The notes below the pieces were generated by a model. That model had not been told where the DNA came from. It saw nothing but the letters and a program-made list of their open reading frames with translations, and did not search any database. Made by a program: the position numbers and the translations under genes. A stretch of 64,000 nucleotides of DNA, taken from an uncultured Clostridia bacterium. GTDB taxonomy: Bacteria > Bacillota > Clostridia > Christensenellales > UBA1242. Positions 55,809 to 64,000 of this stretch are shown here, in pieces. The stretch's first letter is position 1. The number at the start of each line of letters is the position of its first letter. The stretch covers positions 121,369-185,368 of the forward strand of contig CALVYP010000002.1 of assembly GCA_944372365.1 (NCBI GenBank), read 5' to 3'.

Positions 55809-57548
55809 ATGATAATTAAAAAGCAGATTGACGAAAAACTTCACATGATGCGCCACAGCCTTGCGCATGTGCTTGCAAAAGCGATTATGAAAATTTATCC
55901 TAAAACCAAACTCACCATTGGCCCAGCCATTGATGACGGCTTTTATTATGACATCGACCTTGACGAGCCAATCACGCCAGACAAATACGCCGAAATTGAA
56001 AAAGAGATGAACGCGATCATTCGTCGTGGCGAAGAGTTTAGACGCGAAGAGATTTCTCGTCAGCAAGCGCTTAAAATGTTTGCAGGCAACGAGTATAAAG
56101 AAGAGCTTATAAATGAACTGCCAAAAGATGAAGTGATTTCGGTTTACTATCTTGGCGATGATTTTGTAGACCTTTGCCGTGGGCCTCACGTTGAAAGCAC
56201 AAGATCGCTTCAAAACGCTGCATTTAAAATCCATGCAGTAAACGGCGCCTACTGGCGTGGAGATGAAAAAAATAAGATGCTGCAACGCGTTTATGCCTAT
56301 GGCTTTAAAGATAAAAAACAACTTGCCGAGCATATCGCTATGCTTGAAGAAGCAAAAAAGCGTGACAACCGCAAACTTGGCAAAGAGCTTGGGCTTTTTA
56401 TGATCTCACCAGAAGGGCCGGGTTTTCCGTTCTATCTTCCAAACGGCATGATTATAAGAAATCTTTTAATCGACTATTGGCGTGAACTGCACACCAAGGC
56501 TGGATATAAAGAAATTTCAACTCCAATCATGCTTTCACAGCATCTGTGGCAGACTTCTGGACATTGGGATCACTACAAAAACAACATGTATACTTCAAAG
56601 ATTGACGACACGCTCTTTGCAATCAAGCCTATGAATTGCCCAGGTGGAATTTTGGTTTACAAAAACTCGCCGCACTCTTACAAAGAGCTTCCGCTTAGAA
56701 TAGGCGAGCTTGGAATTGTGCACAGGCATGAAAAATCTGGCGAGCTTGGCGGGCTTATGAGAGTTAGATGCTTCACACAAGACGATGCACACATTTTTAT
56801 GATGCCAAGTCAAATCAAGGATGAAATCAAAGGCGTTGTAGAACTTATTGACAAGGTTTACAAGCTTTTCGGCTTTACCTATCATGTGGAACTATCAACT
56901 CGTCCAGAAAACAGCATGGGCAGCGATGAAGACTGGGAACTTGCAACTTCCGCTTTGCAAAACGCGCTTGACGAACTTAATATCGATTATGTGATCAATG
57001 AAGGCGACGGCGCATTCTATGGGCCTAAAATCGACTTCCATCTCACCGACGCCATTGGCAGAACATGGCAGTGCGGAACAATCCAACTCGATTTCCAACT
57101 TCCTCAGCGTTTTGAGCTTGAATATACTGGCGAAGATGGGCAGAAACATCGTCCAATTATGATTCACCGCGTTGTGTATGGCTCTATCGACAGGTTTATG
57201 GGCATTTTGATTGAACATTTTGCTGGAGCATTTCCGCTTTGGCTTGCTCCTGAACAGGTTAGAGTGCTGCCAATCACCGATAGAAACAACGATTATGCAA
57301 ATTCATTGTGCGAAATTTTAAAGCAAGAAGGCATCAGAGCAACTGTTGACGAACGCAACGAAAAGGTTGGTTACAAAATCAGGGAAGCACACAACATGAA
57401 AATTCCATATTTGATTATCGTTGGTGATGAAGAACAGGCAAACGGCACAGTCTCAATCCGCGGCAGGGGAAATGAAAATGCGAGCGGTTTAAATATGTCG
57501 CAGTTTGTCGAAAGGCTTAAAGATGAGATAAAAAGCAAAAAAATATAG
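55809..57548 (+). CDS. thrS: threonine--tRNA ligase lacking the N-terminal TGS domain
   Basis: Starts at the editing-domain motif MMRHSLAHVLAKAI. Class II core present. SD AAAGGAGAG before ATG 55809. The T-box terminator immediately upstream leaves no room for a TGS domain. Confidence 0.93.
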   Translation: MIIKKQIDEKLHMMRHSLAHVLAKAIMKIYPKTKLTIGPAIDDGFYYDIDLDEPITPDKYAEIEKEMNAIIRRGEEFRREEISRQQALKMFAGNEYKEELINELPKDEVISVYYLGDDFVDLCRGPHVESTRSLQNAAFKIHAVNGAYWRGDEKNKMLQRVYAYGFKDKKQLAEHIAMLEEAKKRDNRKLGKELGLFMISPEGPGFPFYLPNGMIIRNLLIDYWRELHTKAGYKEISTPIMLSQHLWQTSGHWDHYKNNMYTSKIDDTLFAIKPMNCPGGILVYKNSPHSYKELPLRIGELGIVHRHEKSGELGGLMRVRCFTQDDAHIFMMPSQIKDEIKGVVELIDKVYKLFGFTYHVELSTRPENSMGSDEDWELATSALQNALDELNIDYVINEGDGAFYGPKIDFHLTDAIGRTWQCGTIQLDFQLPQRFELEYTGEDGQKHRPIMIHRVVYGSIDRFMGILIEHFAGAFPLWLAPEQVRVLPITDRNNDYANSLCEILKQEGIRATVDERNEKVGYKIREAHNMKIPYLIIVGDEEQANGTVSIRGRGNENASGLNMSQFVERLKDEIKSKKI

Positions 57549-57616
57549 TTAAAATCGTTTTGCATAAAATAAATTTTCGGTTATAATTAACCTATCATAG
57601 TTTAAGGAGAAAAAAC

Positions 57617-58093
57617 ATGTCATTACTTTTAGCACTTGATGCGTATCAAATTATTTTGATTGTGTTGATCGCACTTTTAGTTATCGCGTATCCTGTTTTA
57701 ATGTTCACACGAAACAAAAAAGAAAATCAGCGCATGACCGAACAAACAAACTCGTTGAAGCGTGGCGACAAAGTTCTTACAACAAGCGGCGTTTATGGAA
57801 AGATTATCGACATAAAGCTTGAAGGCACTGCAAAGCAAGTAACCATCGAAACTGGCAGCGACAAATTTAAAAGTTATATGACGATTGATGCATTCGCAAT
57901 TTATCAAGTAATCAAAGATGAAGTTGCAGTTGCAAAGCCATTGCAATCTTTGCAAGAAAAACCTGTTGAAGAAAGCAAACAAGACGCAGAACAAAATGCT
58001 GACGACAAAAAACCATCACAACCAAAAACCTCAGCAAAAAAGTCGGCAAAAACAGCTGAAAAAAAATCTAAATCAAACAAAAAAGATGCCTAG
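57617..58093 (+). CDS. yajC: preprotein translocase subunit YajC with a long Lys-rich C-terminal extension
   Basis: Single TM plus the GDKVLTTSGVYGKIIDI core. 158 aa, versus the roughly 90-110 aa I recall as usual. SD AAGGAGA. Confidence 0.85.
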   Translation: MSLLLALDAYQIILIVLIALLVIAYPVLMFTRNKKENQRMTEQTNSLKRGDKVLTTSGVYGKIIDIKLEGTAKQVTIETGSDKFKSYMTIDAFAIYQVIKDEVAVAKPLQSLQEKPVEESKQDAEQNADDKKPSQPKTSAKKSAKTAEKKSKSNKKDA

Positions 58094-58110
58094 CGGCATC
58101 TTTTATTTTC
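58081..58110 (+). terminator. rho-independent terminator with the yajC TAG stop in its loop
   Basis: AAAAGATGCC-TAGC-GGCATCTTTT followed by T's. Confidence 0.7.
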
Positions 58111-58168
58111 ATATTTGCGCTTAGACAAGCATAAAGATTTAGTATAAAAATTGTTTAAGGAGTCAAAT

Positions 58169-58582
58169 ATGAAATTGCGGGCAAAAAATTTGGAAGAGAA
58201 AAAACATTCGGGGGTTTTTCTTCCAATCGTCAAAGGCAGTTTGATTGCGCTTTGTGTAAGTTTGATAGGCATTTTAATTTTTGCATTTTGCCTTAAATTT
58301 ACATCGCTTTCAGATAAACTTATTTTGCCTATAAATCAGGTGATTAAAGGTTTAAGCATATTTTTAGGCGTGTTTTTTGGGCTTAAAAAACGCAAAGAGA
58401 TGGGGCTTGTAAGCGGGCTTTTAATTGGGCTTATTTACACGGTTGTTGCCTTTGTTGCTTTTTCAATTTTAAATGCAAGCTTTAATTTTGACACAACTTT
58501 GCTTACAGACATAATTTTTGGAACAATTATGGGTGGCATTTGCGGAATTATATGCGTAAATCTAAAAAAATCTACCAGGTAG
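58169..58582 (+). CDS. small 4-TM membrane protein (possibly TIGR04086/YrzE-like)
   Basis: Hydrophobic ORF. SD AAGGAG before ATG 58169, preferred over ORF-track 58151. The family guess is weak. Confidence 0.55.
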   Translation: MKLRAKNLEEKKHSGVFLPIVKGSLIALCVSLIGILIFAFCLKFTSLSDKLILPINQVIKGLSIFLGVFFGLKKRKEMGLVSGLLIGLIYTVVAFVAFSILNASFNFDTTLLTDIIFGTIMGGICGIICVNLKKSTR

Positions 58583-58595
58583 GCACAAAAAACAT

Positions 58596-58624
58596 TTGAC
58601 ACTGCCCCTTGATTTATATATAAT
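58596..58624 (+). promoter_or_regulatory. sigma-A-type promoter of secDF
   Basis: TTGACA (58596-58601), 17 nt, TATAAT (58619-58624). Confidence 0.6.
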
Positions 58625-58687
58625 AACAAAGGAAGTGTTTAGCTTCCGTAAATTATTTATAAGTCAACTAGATTTTAAGGGGTTATA

Positions 58688-60094
58688 ATGGCTAAAAAGC
58701 ATTCTATTTGGAAATATACGATATTTGCCATACTTGTTGTTATCGGGCTTGTTTTGTCTTTTGCAACTTTTCCTGTTGCAGGAACTGACTATGTTTATAA
58801 TGGTTTCTTAAACGCAATTCCGCTTGGCGTAGATTTGTCGGGCGGAGTTTCTGTTGTTTATCAAGCAAAACAATCGCCATTTTCTGACTCAACCGACTTA
58901 AATTCGTCGGTGCAATCAACCGTTTCTCAGGTTGAGAGCTTGCTTTATGACAATGGCGCATTAAATTCATATGTCACAAATCAGGGCGGCGACAAAATTA
59001 GAGTTGAAGTTTCCAACGACTCAGTTTCCAATCAGCTTTTTGATTTGATTGGGCAGCCAACATATGTTTACATCGCATCAAGCGATTCTTTTGACGCAAA
59101 CAATGTTGATGCTTTTAAAGGTGAATATATTTCAAGTGCAAGCATCGACAGTGTTTATGCAAGCTATGATCAAGAAAATCAAACCTATGGCGTTGTGATT
59201 GAGTTTGATAAATCTGGCGCTCAAAAATTGCAACAGATGAGTCAAGATGCCAGTGAAAAAAGTGAAGATAATTATCTATATGTCTACATCGGTGGTGATG
59301 ACGCAATTCAACTTTCATGCACCGAAGCAATAACCGACGGGCAGACATTCATTTCGGGTGGTTCGATTGCAGATTCGTCGTCAGCGCAAGAGTATTCAAT
59401 CAAAATTTTATCAGGCACTTATGATGCTTCGCTTTCACTCGTTCAAACCTCGGTAATCACAGCCACCGCAGGCACAAACACGCTGATGTACATCTTAATT
59501 GCCTTGGGCGTGGCGCTGGCTATTGTTTTGGCGTTCTTCATCATAAGATACGGAATTTTTGGCATCTTGGCAGATGCAAGTTTGGTTGTGTTTACAATAT
59601 TATTGTTGTTCTTCTTGCAAGCAATTCCGCTTATTCAACTTACGGTTGCTTCACTTGCAGGAGTGTTGATTTTCTATGCGATTGTTGTGGCTTGCCACAT
59701 CGCTGTGCTTGAAAAAATTAAAACCGAATACGCAACTGGCAAAAAAATTCCATTATCATTTAAAAACGCATTTAAAAAATGTTTGTGGCCAATGATTGAT
59801 TCGCATGTTGTTCTTGCAATTGTCGCAATAATTTTGTGCATAGTTGGCTATGCTTCACTTAGAAGCTTGGGGCTTATTATTTTAATTGGCGCTGTGCTTT
59901 CTTTGTTCTGCACTCTTGTTGTGTTAAGATTTCTCATCAAGTGGTATTTGCCGTTCAACTCTGCAAATCCAAAGCCACTTAAACTAAAACGCTCAAAAAT
60001 TTTGGCAGAAAACTCAACTGAAGTTGAAATTGTTGAAGGGCAGGATGAAACGCCTGAAAAACAAATAATCGTCGCAGATAAGGAGGCAGAATGA
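58688..60094 (+). CDS. secD: protein translocase subunit SecD
   Basis: N-terminal TM, large extracytoplasmic domain, and a C-terminal 5-TM bundle. secF overlaps downstream. Confidence 0.88.
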   Translation: MAKKHSIWKYTIFAILVVIGLVLSFATFPVAGTDYVYNGFLNAIPLGVDLSGGVSVVYQAKQSPFSDSTDLNSSVQSTVSQVESLLYDNGALNSYVTNQGGDKIRVEVSNDSVSNQLFDLIGQPTYVYIASSDSFDANNVDAFKGEYISSASIDSVYASYDQENQTYGVVIEFDKSGAQKLQQMSQDASEKSEDNYLYVYIGGDDAIQLSCTEAITDGQTFISGGSIADSSSAQEYSIKILSGTYDASLSLVQTSVITATAGTNTLMYILIALGVALAIVLAFFIIRYGIFGILADASLVVFTILLLFFLQAIPLIQLTVASLAGVLIFYAIVVACHIAVLEKIKTEYATGKKIPLSFKNAFKKCLWPMIDSHVVLAIVAIILCIVGYASLRSLGLIILIGAVLSLFCTLVVLRFLIKWYLPFNSANPKPLKLKRSKILAENSTEVEIVEGQDETPEKQIIVADKEAE

Positions 60095-61173
60095 AAAAGT
60101 ATAAAAAAAGCCGCCTTAGTTTTGACGAAGCGGTTGCAACAAGCAAATTTGATTTTATTAAAAATGCAAAGTGGTTTTTAATTGCTCCGGCAGTTATTCT
60201 GCTTGTGGCCATCATCCTGCTTTGCACAATCGGGTTTAAAAGCGGCATAGATTTCACCGGCGGTTCGGTTATGACGGTTTACACAAACAACGAAGGCATA
60301 ATTGAAGGCGCTGAAAAATATGATGCCGAAAATCAAAGCCAATACAACAAAATTCAAGAAAAAATTGATGCTGTTTTAAAAGACAACGGCTTGCAAGCAG
60401 CTTCCTATCAAATTTCAACCATGGATATTGAAGAGTTTAGTGTGTATGGTGGGCAAGCAGTTGTTGTTAAGTATCAAAATGCTCAGGATGCATCATCTCA
60501 GCAAATTTCCACCACAAATGCAAAAATTCAATCTCAACTTTTGCAGGCGTTTGGATATGACGAGTTAACCGACGCAAAATATGCCGTTGAAAACTCCGGC
60601 ACAGTAACTCCAACTGCTGGCAACGAGCTTTTGTTCACTGCCGTTATCGCAGTTGTTTCAAGTTTGATTTTGGTTATGATTTATCTTGCGTTCAGGTTTG
60701 ATCTTGCTTCGTCATTTTCGTCATTTATTGCAGTTTTGCATGATATGTTCATCACAACCGCGCTTGCTTTAATTTTTAGAATAACCATCAATCCAGCGTT
60801 TGTTATTGCTATGATCGCGGTTATGTGCATTTCACTGTTCAACAACATTTTCTTGTTTGACGCAGTGCGCACCAACTGCAAAACTGGTGCTTATGACAAT
60901 CAACCAAACAGCGCGCTTGCAAACGCTTCAATCAAGCAAGTTTTGCCAAGGCAAATTTACATCGCCGCAGCAATGTTCATCATCTCGGCGCTTGTGGCAA
61001 TAATTGCGGTAAGCGATGTGCGTGACTTTGCTATGCCAATAGCGATTGGTGTGGTTGTAAGCCTGTTTTCTTCACTATTTGTTTCACCAGTTCTATGGTC
61101 AATCGGTCACAATGCAGGCAAACGAAAAAAAGTTAAAAAACCATCAAACAACGATGATAAAGTTGCAGTTTAG
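60091..61173 (+). CDS. secF: protein translocase subunit SecF (extended extracytoplasmic loop)
   Basis: GIDFTGGSV motif and a C-terminal TM bundle. ATGA overlap with secD. Confidence 0.88.
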   Translation: MKKYKKSRLSFDEAVATSKFDFIKNAKWFLIAPAVILLVAIILLCTIGFKSGIDFTGGSVMTVYTNNEGIIEGAEKYDAENQSQYNKIQEKIDAVLKDNGLQAASYQISTMDIEEFSVYGGQAVVVKYQNAQDASSQQISTTNAKIQSQLLQAFGYDELTDAKYAVENSGTVTPTAGNELLFTAVIAVVSSLILVMIYLAFRFDLASSFSSFIAVLHDMFITTALALIFRITINPAFVIAMIAVMCISLFNNIFLFDAVRTNCKTGAYDNQPNSALANASIKQVLPRQIYIAAAMFIISALVAIIAVSDVRDFAMPIAIGVVVSLFSSLFVSPVLWSIGHNAGKRKKVKKPSNNDDKVAV

Positions 61174-61187
61174 CTGCAACTTTTTTG
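61161..61187 (+). terminator. rho-independent terminator with the secF TAG stop in its loop
   Basis: AGTTGCAG-TTTAG-CTGCAACT followed by T6. Confidence 0.7.
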
Positions 61188-61196
61188 TTTATTTGC

Positions 61197-61225
61197 TTGC
61201 ATTAAATATATATATGTGATATAAT
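61197..61225 (+). promoter_or_regulatory. sigma-A-type promoter of rpsB, followed by a leader of about 135 nt
   Basis: TTGCAT (61197-61202), 17 nt, TGa-TATAAT (61220-61225). Confidence 0.55.
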
Positions 61226-61366
61226 CTATTCGTCATTGAGACAAACTAAGCACCCTTTTCCTATTTTTTCATTGTTGCCTATGTGCTTTTTGGGTCAAAA
61301 GCGCAGGTTGTTGAAAAGAGCCAAAAAGGGAAAGGGGAAGATTAAAAACGAATAAGGAGGAAAACA

Positions 61367-62347
61367 ATGTCGGTTATTTCAATGAAACAACTTCTTGAAG
61401 CAGGCGTTCATTTTGGTCACCAAACAAGAAAATGGAATCCTAAAATGAAACCATACATTTTCATGGCAAGAAATGACATTCATATTCTTAACCTTGAAAA
61501 AACCAGCGAGCAAATTGACAAAGCTTACACTTTTGTTCGTGACGTGGCTGCTTCGGGAAAAAGCGTTCTCTTTGTGGGAACAAAAAAGCAAGCGCAAGAA
61601 GCCGTTAAGGAAGAAGCAGAAAGATGCGGAATGTTTTATGTTAATTCAAGATGGCTTGGCGGAACGCTTACAAACTTTAAAACAATTTTAAAAAGGATTG
61701 AAAAATTAAACAAACTCAATCAAATGGAAAAGGTTGGCGAATTTGATCTTTTGCCTAAAAAGGAAGTTGCGTCTTTAAAAGCTATGCGCGACAAACTTGA
61801 AAAAAACTTGGGCGGAATCAAAGATATGCGCGAAATGCCGGGTGTGATTTTTGTTGTTGACCCATCAAACGAACACATCTGCGTGCGCGAGGCTAAATCT
61901 CTTAAAATTCCTATGGTTGGCCTTGTTGACACAAACTGCGACCCAAGCGGAATTGATTATGTGATTCCTGGCAACGACGATGCAATTCGTTCGGTTAAGC
62001 TTATTGCTTCTGCCATCGCTGATGCAGTTATCGAAGCCAAAGAAGGCGTGTCAATGAAGAAGCAGGAAGATGCTGAGGCAGAAGAAGTTAACTTGGAAGA
62101 AGTTATGAAAGACATCACCATAGAAGATGTTAAGCCAGAGGATAAAGAGAAAAAAGCTACAAAGAAAAAGCCTGCTAAAAAACCTGCTGCCAAAGCAGAA
62201 AAGGCTGAAGCAGCTGAGCAAGCAAAGGCTGAAGGCGCTGACAAACCAGCTGAAGAAAAACCAAAAAAATCAAAAGCTGAAAAAGCGGCTGATGCTGAAA
62301 AACCTGCTAAAAAAACCGCAAAAAAATCTGAATCAAAAGGAGAATAA
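61367..62347 (+). CDS. rpsB: 30S ribosomal protein S2 with a Lys/Ala/Glu-rich C-terminal extension
   Basis: [23 protein letters not shown]-terminus. 326 aa, with a low-complexity tail of about 95 aa. SD AAGGAGG. Confidence 0.95.
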   Translation: MSVISMKQLLEAGVHFGHQTRKWNPKMKPYIFMARNDIHILNLEKTSEQIDKAYTFVRDVAASGKSVLFVGTKKQAQEAVKEEAERCGMFYVNSRWLGGTLTNFKTILKRIEKLNKLNQMEKVGEFDLLPKKEVASLKAMRDKLEKNLGGIKDMREMPGVIFVVDPSNEHICVREAKSLKIPMVGLVDTNCDPSGIDYVIPGNDDAIRSVKLIASAIADAVIEAKEGVSMKKQEDAEAEEVNLEEVMKDITIEDVKPEDKEKKATKKKPAKKPAAKAEKAEAAEQAKAEGADKPAEEKPKKSKAEKAADAEKPAKKTAKKSESKGE

Positions 62348-62350
62348 TTT

Positions 62351-63001
62351 ATGTTTACAGCAAAAGATGTTGCACTTCTTCGTGCAAGAACAAATGCAGG
62401 CATGATGGATTGCAAAAAAGCACTAACCGAATGCGACGGAGATTTTGAAAAAGCAACCCAGTGGCTTAGAGAAAAAGGCATGGCTGCTGCTTCAAAAAAA
62501 TCAGGCAGAATTGCAAGTGAAGGTGTTGTTGGCTCATACATTCACATGGGTGGCAAAATTGGCGTGCTGGTTGAAGTAAACTGCGAAACAGATTTTGTTG
62601 CTAGAACGGATGCTTTCAACGCTCTTGTAAAAGACATTGCAATGCAAATTGCAGCTGCAAATCCTAAGTATGTTTCAAGAGATGAAGTTCCTGCTGATGT
62701 TCTTGAAAAAGAAAAGCAAATTCTTCGCGCTCAGGCGAAAAATGAAGGCAAGCCAGAGGCAATCATTGAAAAAATGGTTGAAGGAAGGGTTGTTAAATTT
62801 TACAAAGATTTTTGCTTGTTAGATCAAGATTTTGTTAAGGATTCTTCTAAAACAATTCAAACAGTTTTAAACGAAGCAACTCTTACTATCGGTGAAAAAA
62901 TCACTGTTCGCAGATTTGCAAGATACGAAATGGGCGAAGGCTTGGAAAAGCGTCAAGATAATTTGGCAGAAGAAGTTGCAAAACAAATGGCTGGAAAGTA
63001 A
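62351..63001 (+). CDS. tsf: elongation factor Ts (short form)
   Basis: [25 protein letters not shown]-like N-terminus, 216 aa. Confidence 0.93.
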   Translation: MFTAKDVALLRARTNAGMMDCKKALTECDGDFEKATQWLREKGMAAASKKSGRIASEGVVGSYIHMGGKIGVLVEVNCETDFVARTDAFNALVKDIAMQIAAANPKYVSRDEVPADVLEKEKQILRAQAKNEGKPEAIIEKMVEGRVVKFYKDFCLLDQDFVKDSSKTIQTVLNEATLTIGEKITVRRFARYEMGEGLEKRQDNLAEEVAKQMAGK

Positions 63002-63011
63002 TTTTGCTTAT

Positions 63012-63037
63012 AAAACTCGCTTTAATGCGAGTTTTTT
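63012..63037 (+). terminator. rho-independent terminator of tsf
   Basis: AAAACTCGC-TTTAAT-GCGAGTTTT followed by T's. Confidence 0.7.
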
Positions 63038-63039
63038 GT

Positions 63040-63068
63040 TTGCAAATTTCATCAAGATTATGTATACT
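63040..63068 (+). promoter_or_regulatory. sigma-A-type promoter of frr
   Basis: TTGCAA (63040-63045), 17 nt, TATACT (63063-63068). Confidence 0.55.
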
Positions 63069-63087
63069 TATTTTTAAAGGAGAAAGT

Positions 63088-63657
63088 ATGGATAAAGATT
63101 TAATTGACGAAAAATTTTTCGATTACGAAGCCGAACTTGACAAGGCTCACGCTCATCAAACAAATGAATATTTGGTTATTCGCGCGGGAAGAGCAAATCC
63201 GCATATATTAGATAAAATTTCAATAGATTATTATGGAGTGCCAACTTTAATCAAACAGATGGCCAACATCTCTGTTCAAGAAGCCAGAATTTTGTGCATA
63301 AATGTTTGGGACGCGTCGCAAATTAAAAATGTCAGCAAAGCGATTGCGGCATCTGATATTGGAATAACTCCAACAGACGACGGCAAAACCATCAGATTGG
63401 TGTTTCCACAATTAAATGAAGAGCGCAGAAAAGAAATTGTTAAGCAAATCAAAAAAATTGCAGAAGACACCAAAATTGCAATGCGCTCGGCAAGGCGTGA
63501 GATCATGGACTTTTTGAAAGAGCAAAAGAAAAACAGCGAAATTTCAGAAGATGAATTTTCTTCGCTTGAAAGCGATGTTCAAAAACTTTTGGATAAATAC
63601 ACCGAAAAAGTTGATTCAACCTTTGCCACAAAAGAAAAGGAAATTTTGGAAATTTAA
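63088..63657 (+). CDS. frr: ribosome recycling factor
   Basis: ..LVIRAGRANPHILDKISIDYYG.PT.. core. ATG 63088 with SD AAAGGAGA is preferred over ORF-track 63004. Confidence 0.93.
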   Translation: MDKDLIDEKFFDYEAELDKAHAHQTNEYLVIRAGRANPHILDKISIDYYGVPTLIKQMANISVQEARILCINVWDASQIKNVSKAIAASDIGITPTDDGKTIRLVFPQLNEERRKEIVKQIKKIAEDTKIAMRSARREIMDFLKEQKKNSEISEDEFSSLESDVQKLLDKYTEKVDSTFATKEKEILEI

Positions 63658-63669
63658 AATAGGTGAGAT

Positions 63670-64000
63670 ATGGCAAATCCAAATCATATAGCTTTCATTC
63701 TTGATGGCAATGGCAGATGGGCAACCAAACGCGGCTTGCCTCGAAATCTGGGGCATGCGGAAGGTGTGAAGGCAGTGGAGCGCACATTAAACGCGCTTTG
63801 CGAATTAAAAATTCCATATGCATCATTTTTTGTTTTTTCAACCGAAAATTGGAAACGAAGCAAAGAGGAAGTTGACGGGCTTTTTAATTTGGCAGAAGAA
63901 TATTTTGATAAAGGTTTAGAATTTTTTAATCAAAATAATATTAAAGTTGAAGTTTTTGGCGATCTAAAACCATTTCCACAAAAATTGCAAAAAATAATCA
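63670..64000 (+). CDS. uppS: isoprenyl transferase (undecaprenyl diphosphate synthase), 3'-truncated by the window edge
   Basis: My translation from ATG 63670 reads MANPNHIAFILDGNGRWATKRGLPRNLGHAEG..FSTENWKR. It is not in the ORF track because no stop is reached. SD AGGTGAG. Confidence 0.9.
   Translation, partial: MANPNHIAFILDGNGRWATKRGLPRNLGHAEGVKAVERTLNALCELKIPYASFFVFSTENWKRSKEEVDGLFNLAEEYFDKGLEFFNQNNIKVEVFGDLKPFPQKLQKII

Noticed and set aside
9201-63087. N-terminally extended ORF-track starts: recA 9201, cyclase-like 25791, 28871, ackA 36652, plsX 38319, ftsY 43529, sigK 44521, DAC-like 45281, polA 51028, ytxC-like 54684, thrS 55788, 58151 and frr 63004.
   Set aside because: In each case an internal ATG or GTG has a proper SD and matches the conserved N-terminus of the family. 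The extension overlaps the upstream gene, promoter or terminator.
1-64000. Search for mobile elements, prophage genes, CRISPR arrays, restriction-modification, toxin-antitoxin or other defence modules.
   Set aside because: No transposase, integrase, Cas, methylase or nuclease signatures, inverted terminal repeats or spacer arrays were seen on either strand.

Overview
This window looks like a gene-dense chromosomal core segment of a low-GC, endospore-forming Firmicute, probably Clostridia-like. Supporting that: a type-A-like RNase P RNA and sigK, spoIVFB-like, spoIIM-like, ylbJ and ytxC-like genes. I call about 57 CDS, 52 of them on the + strand.

Recognisable housekeeping blocks:
- rpsO-pnp
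- ftsK-rimO-pgsA-recA
- miaB-mutS-mutL-miaA
- dac, scpA-scpB
- mnmA
- pta-ackA
- rpmF, plsX-rnc-smc-ftsY
- sigK
- rarA, polA, ruvX
- T-box-thrS
- yajC, secD-secF
- rpsB-tsf-frr-uppS
- RNA genes: tRNA-Ser(GGA) and rnpB

I see no transposase, integrase, prophage, CRISPR array or recognisable defence or toxin module. I cannot support a discrete novel multi-gene system.

The most unusual signals are:
1. Near-consensus sigma-A promoters sit 6-8 nt upstream of SD-less ATG codons at six or more genes, which makes them candidate leaderless mRNAs.
2. Stop codons are nested inside -35 boxes and terminator hairpins, giving very compact gene punctuation.
3. There are GC-rich multi-hairpin intergenic elements: a closed four-way junction after scpB, a triple hairpin after rnhA, and an unassigned noncoding stretch of about 390 nt after tRNA-Ser.
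4. PgsA carries a C-terminal tail that resembles the FtsK gamma winged-helix domain encoded two genes upstream.
5. Three enzyme-fold proteins have substituted catalytic motifs: a cyclase-like, a DAC-like and an E2-acyltransferase-like protein.
6. A 46-aa Ser/Lys-rich ORF with a strong SD and a terminator is absent from the ORF track.

All calls come from reading motifs by eye. No database search was run.
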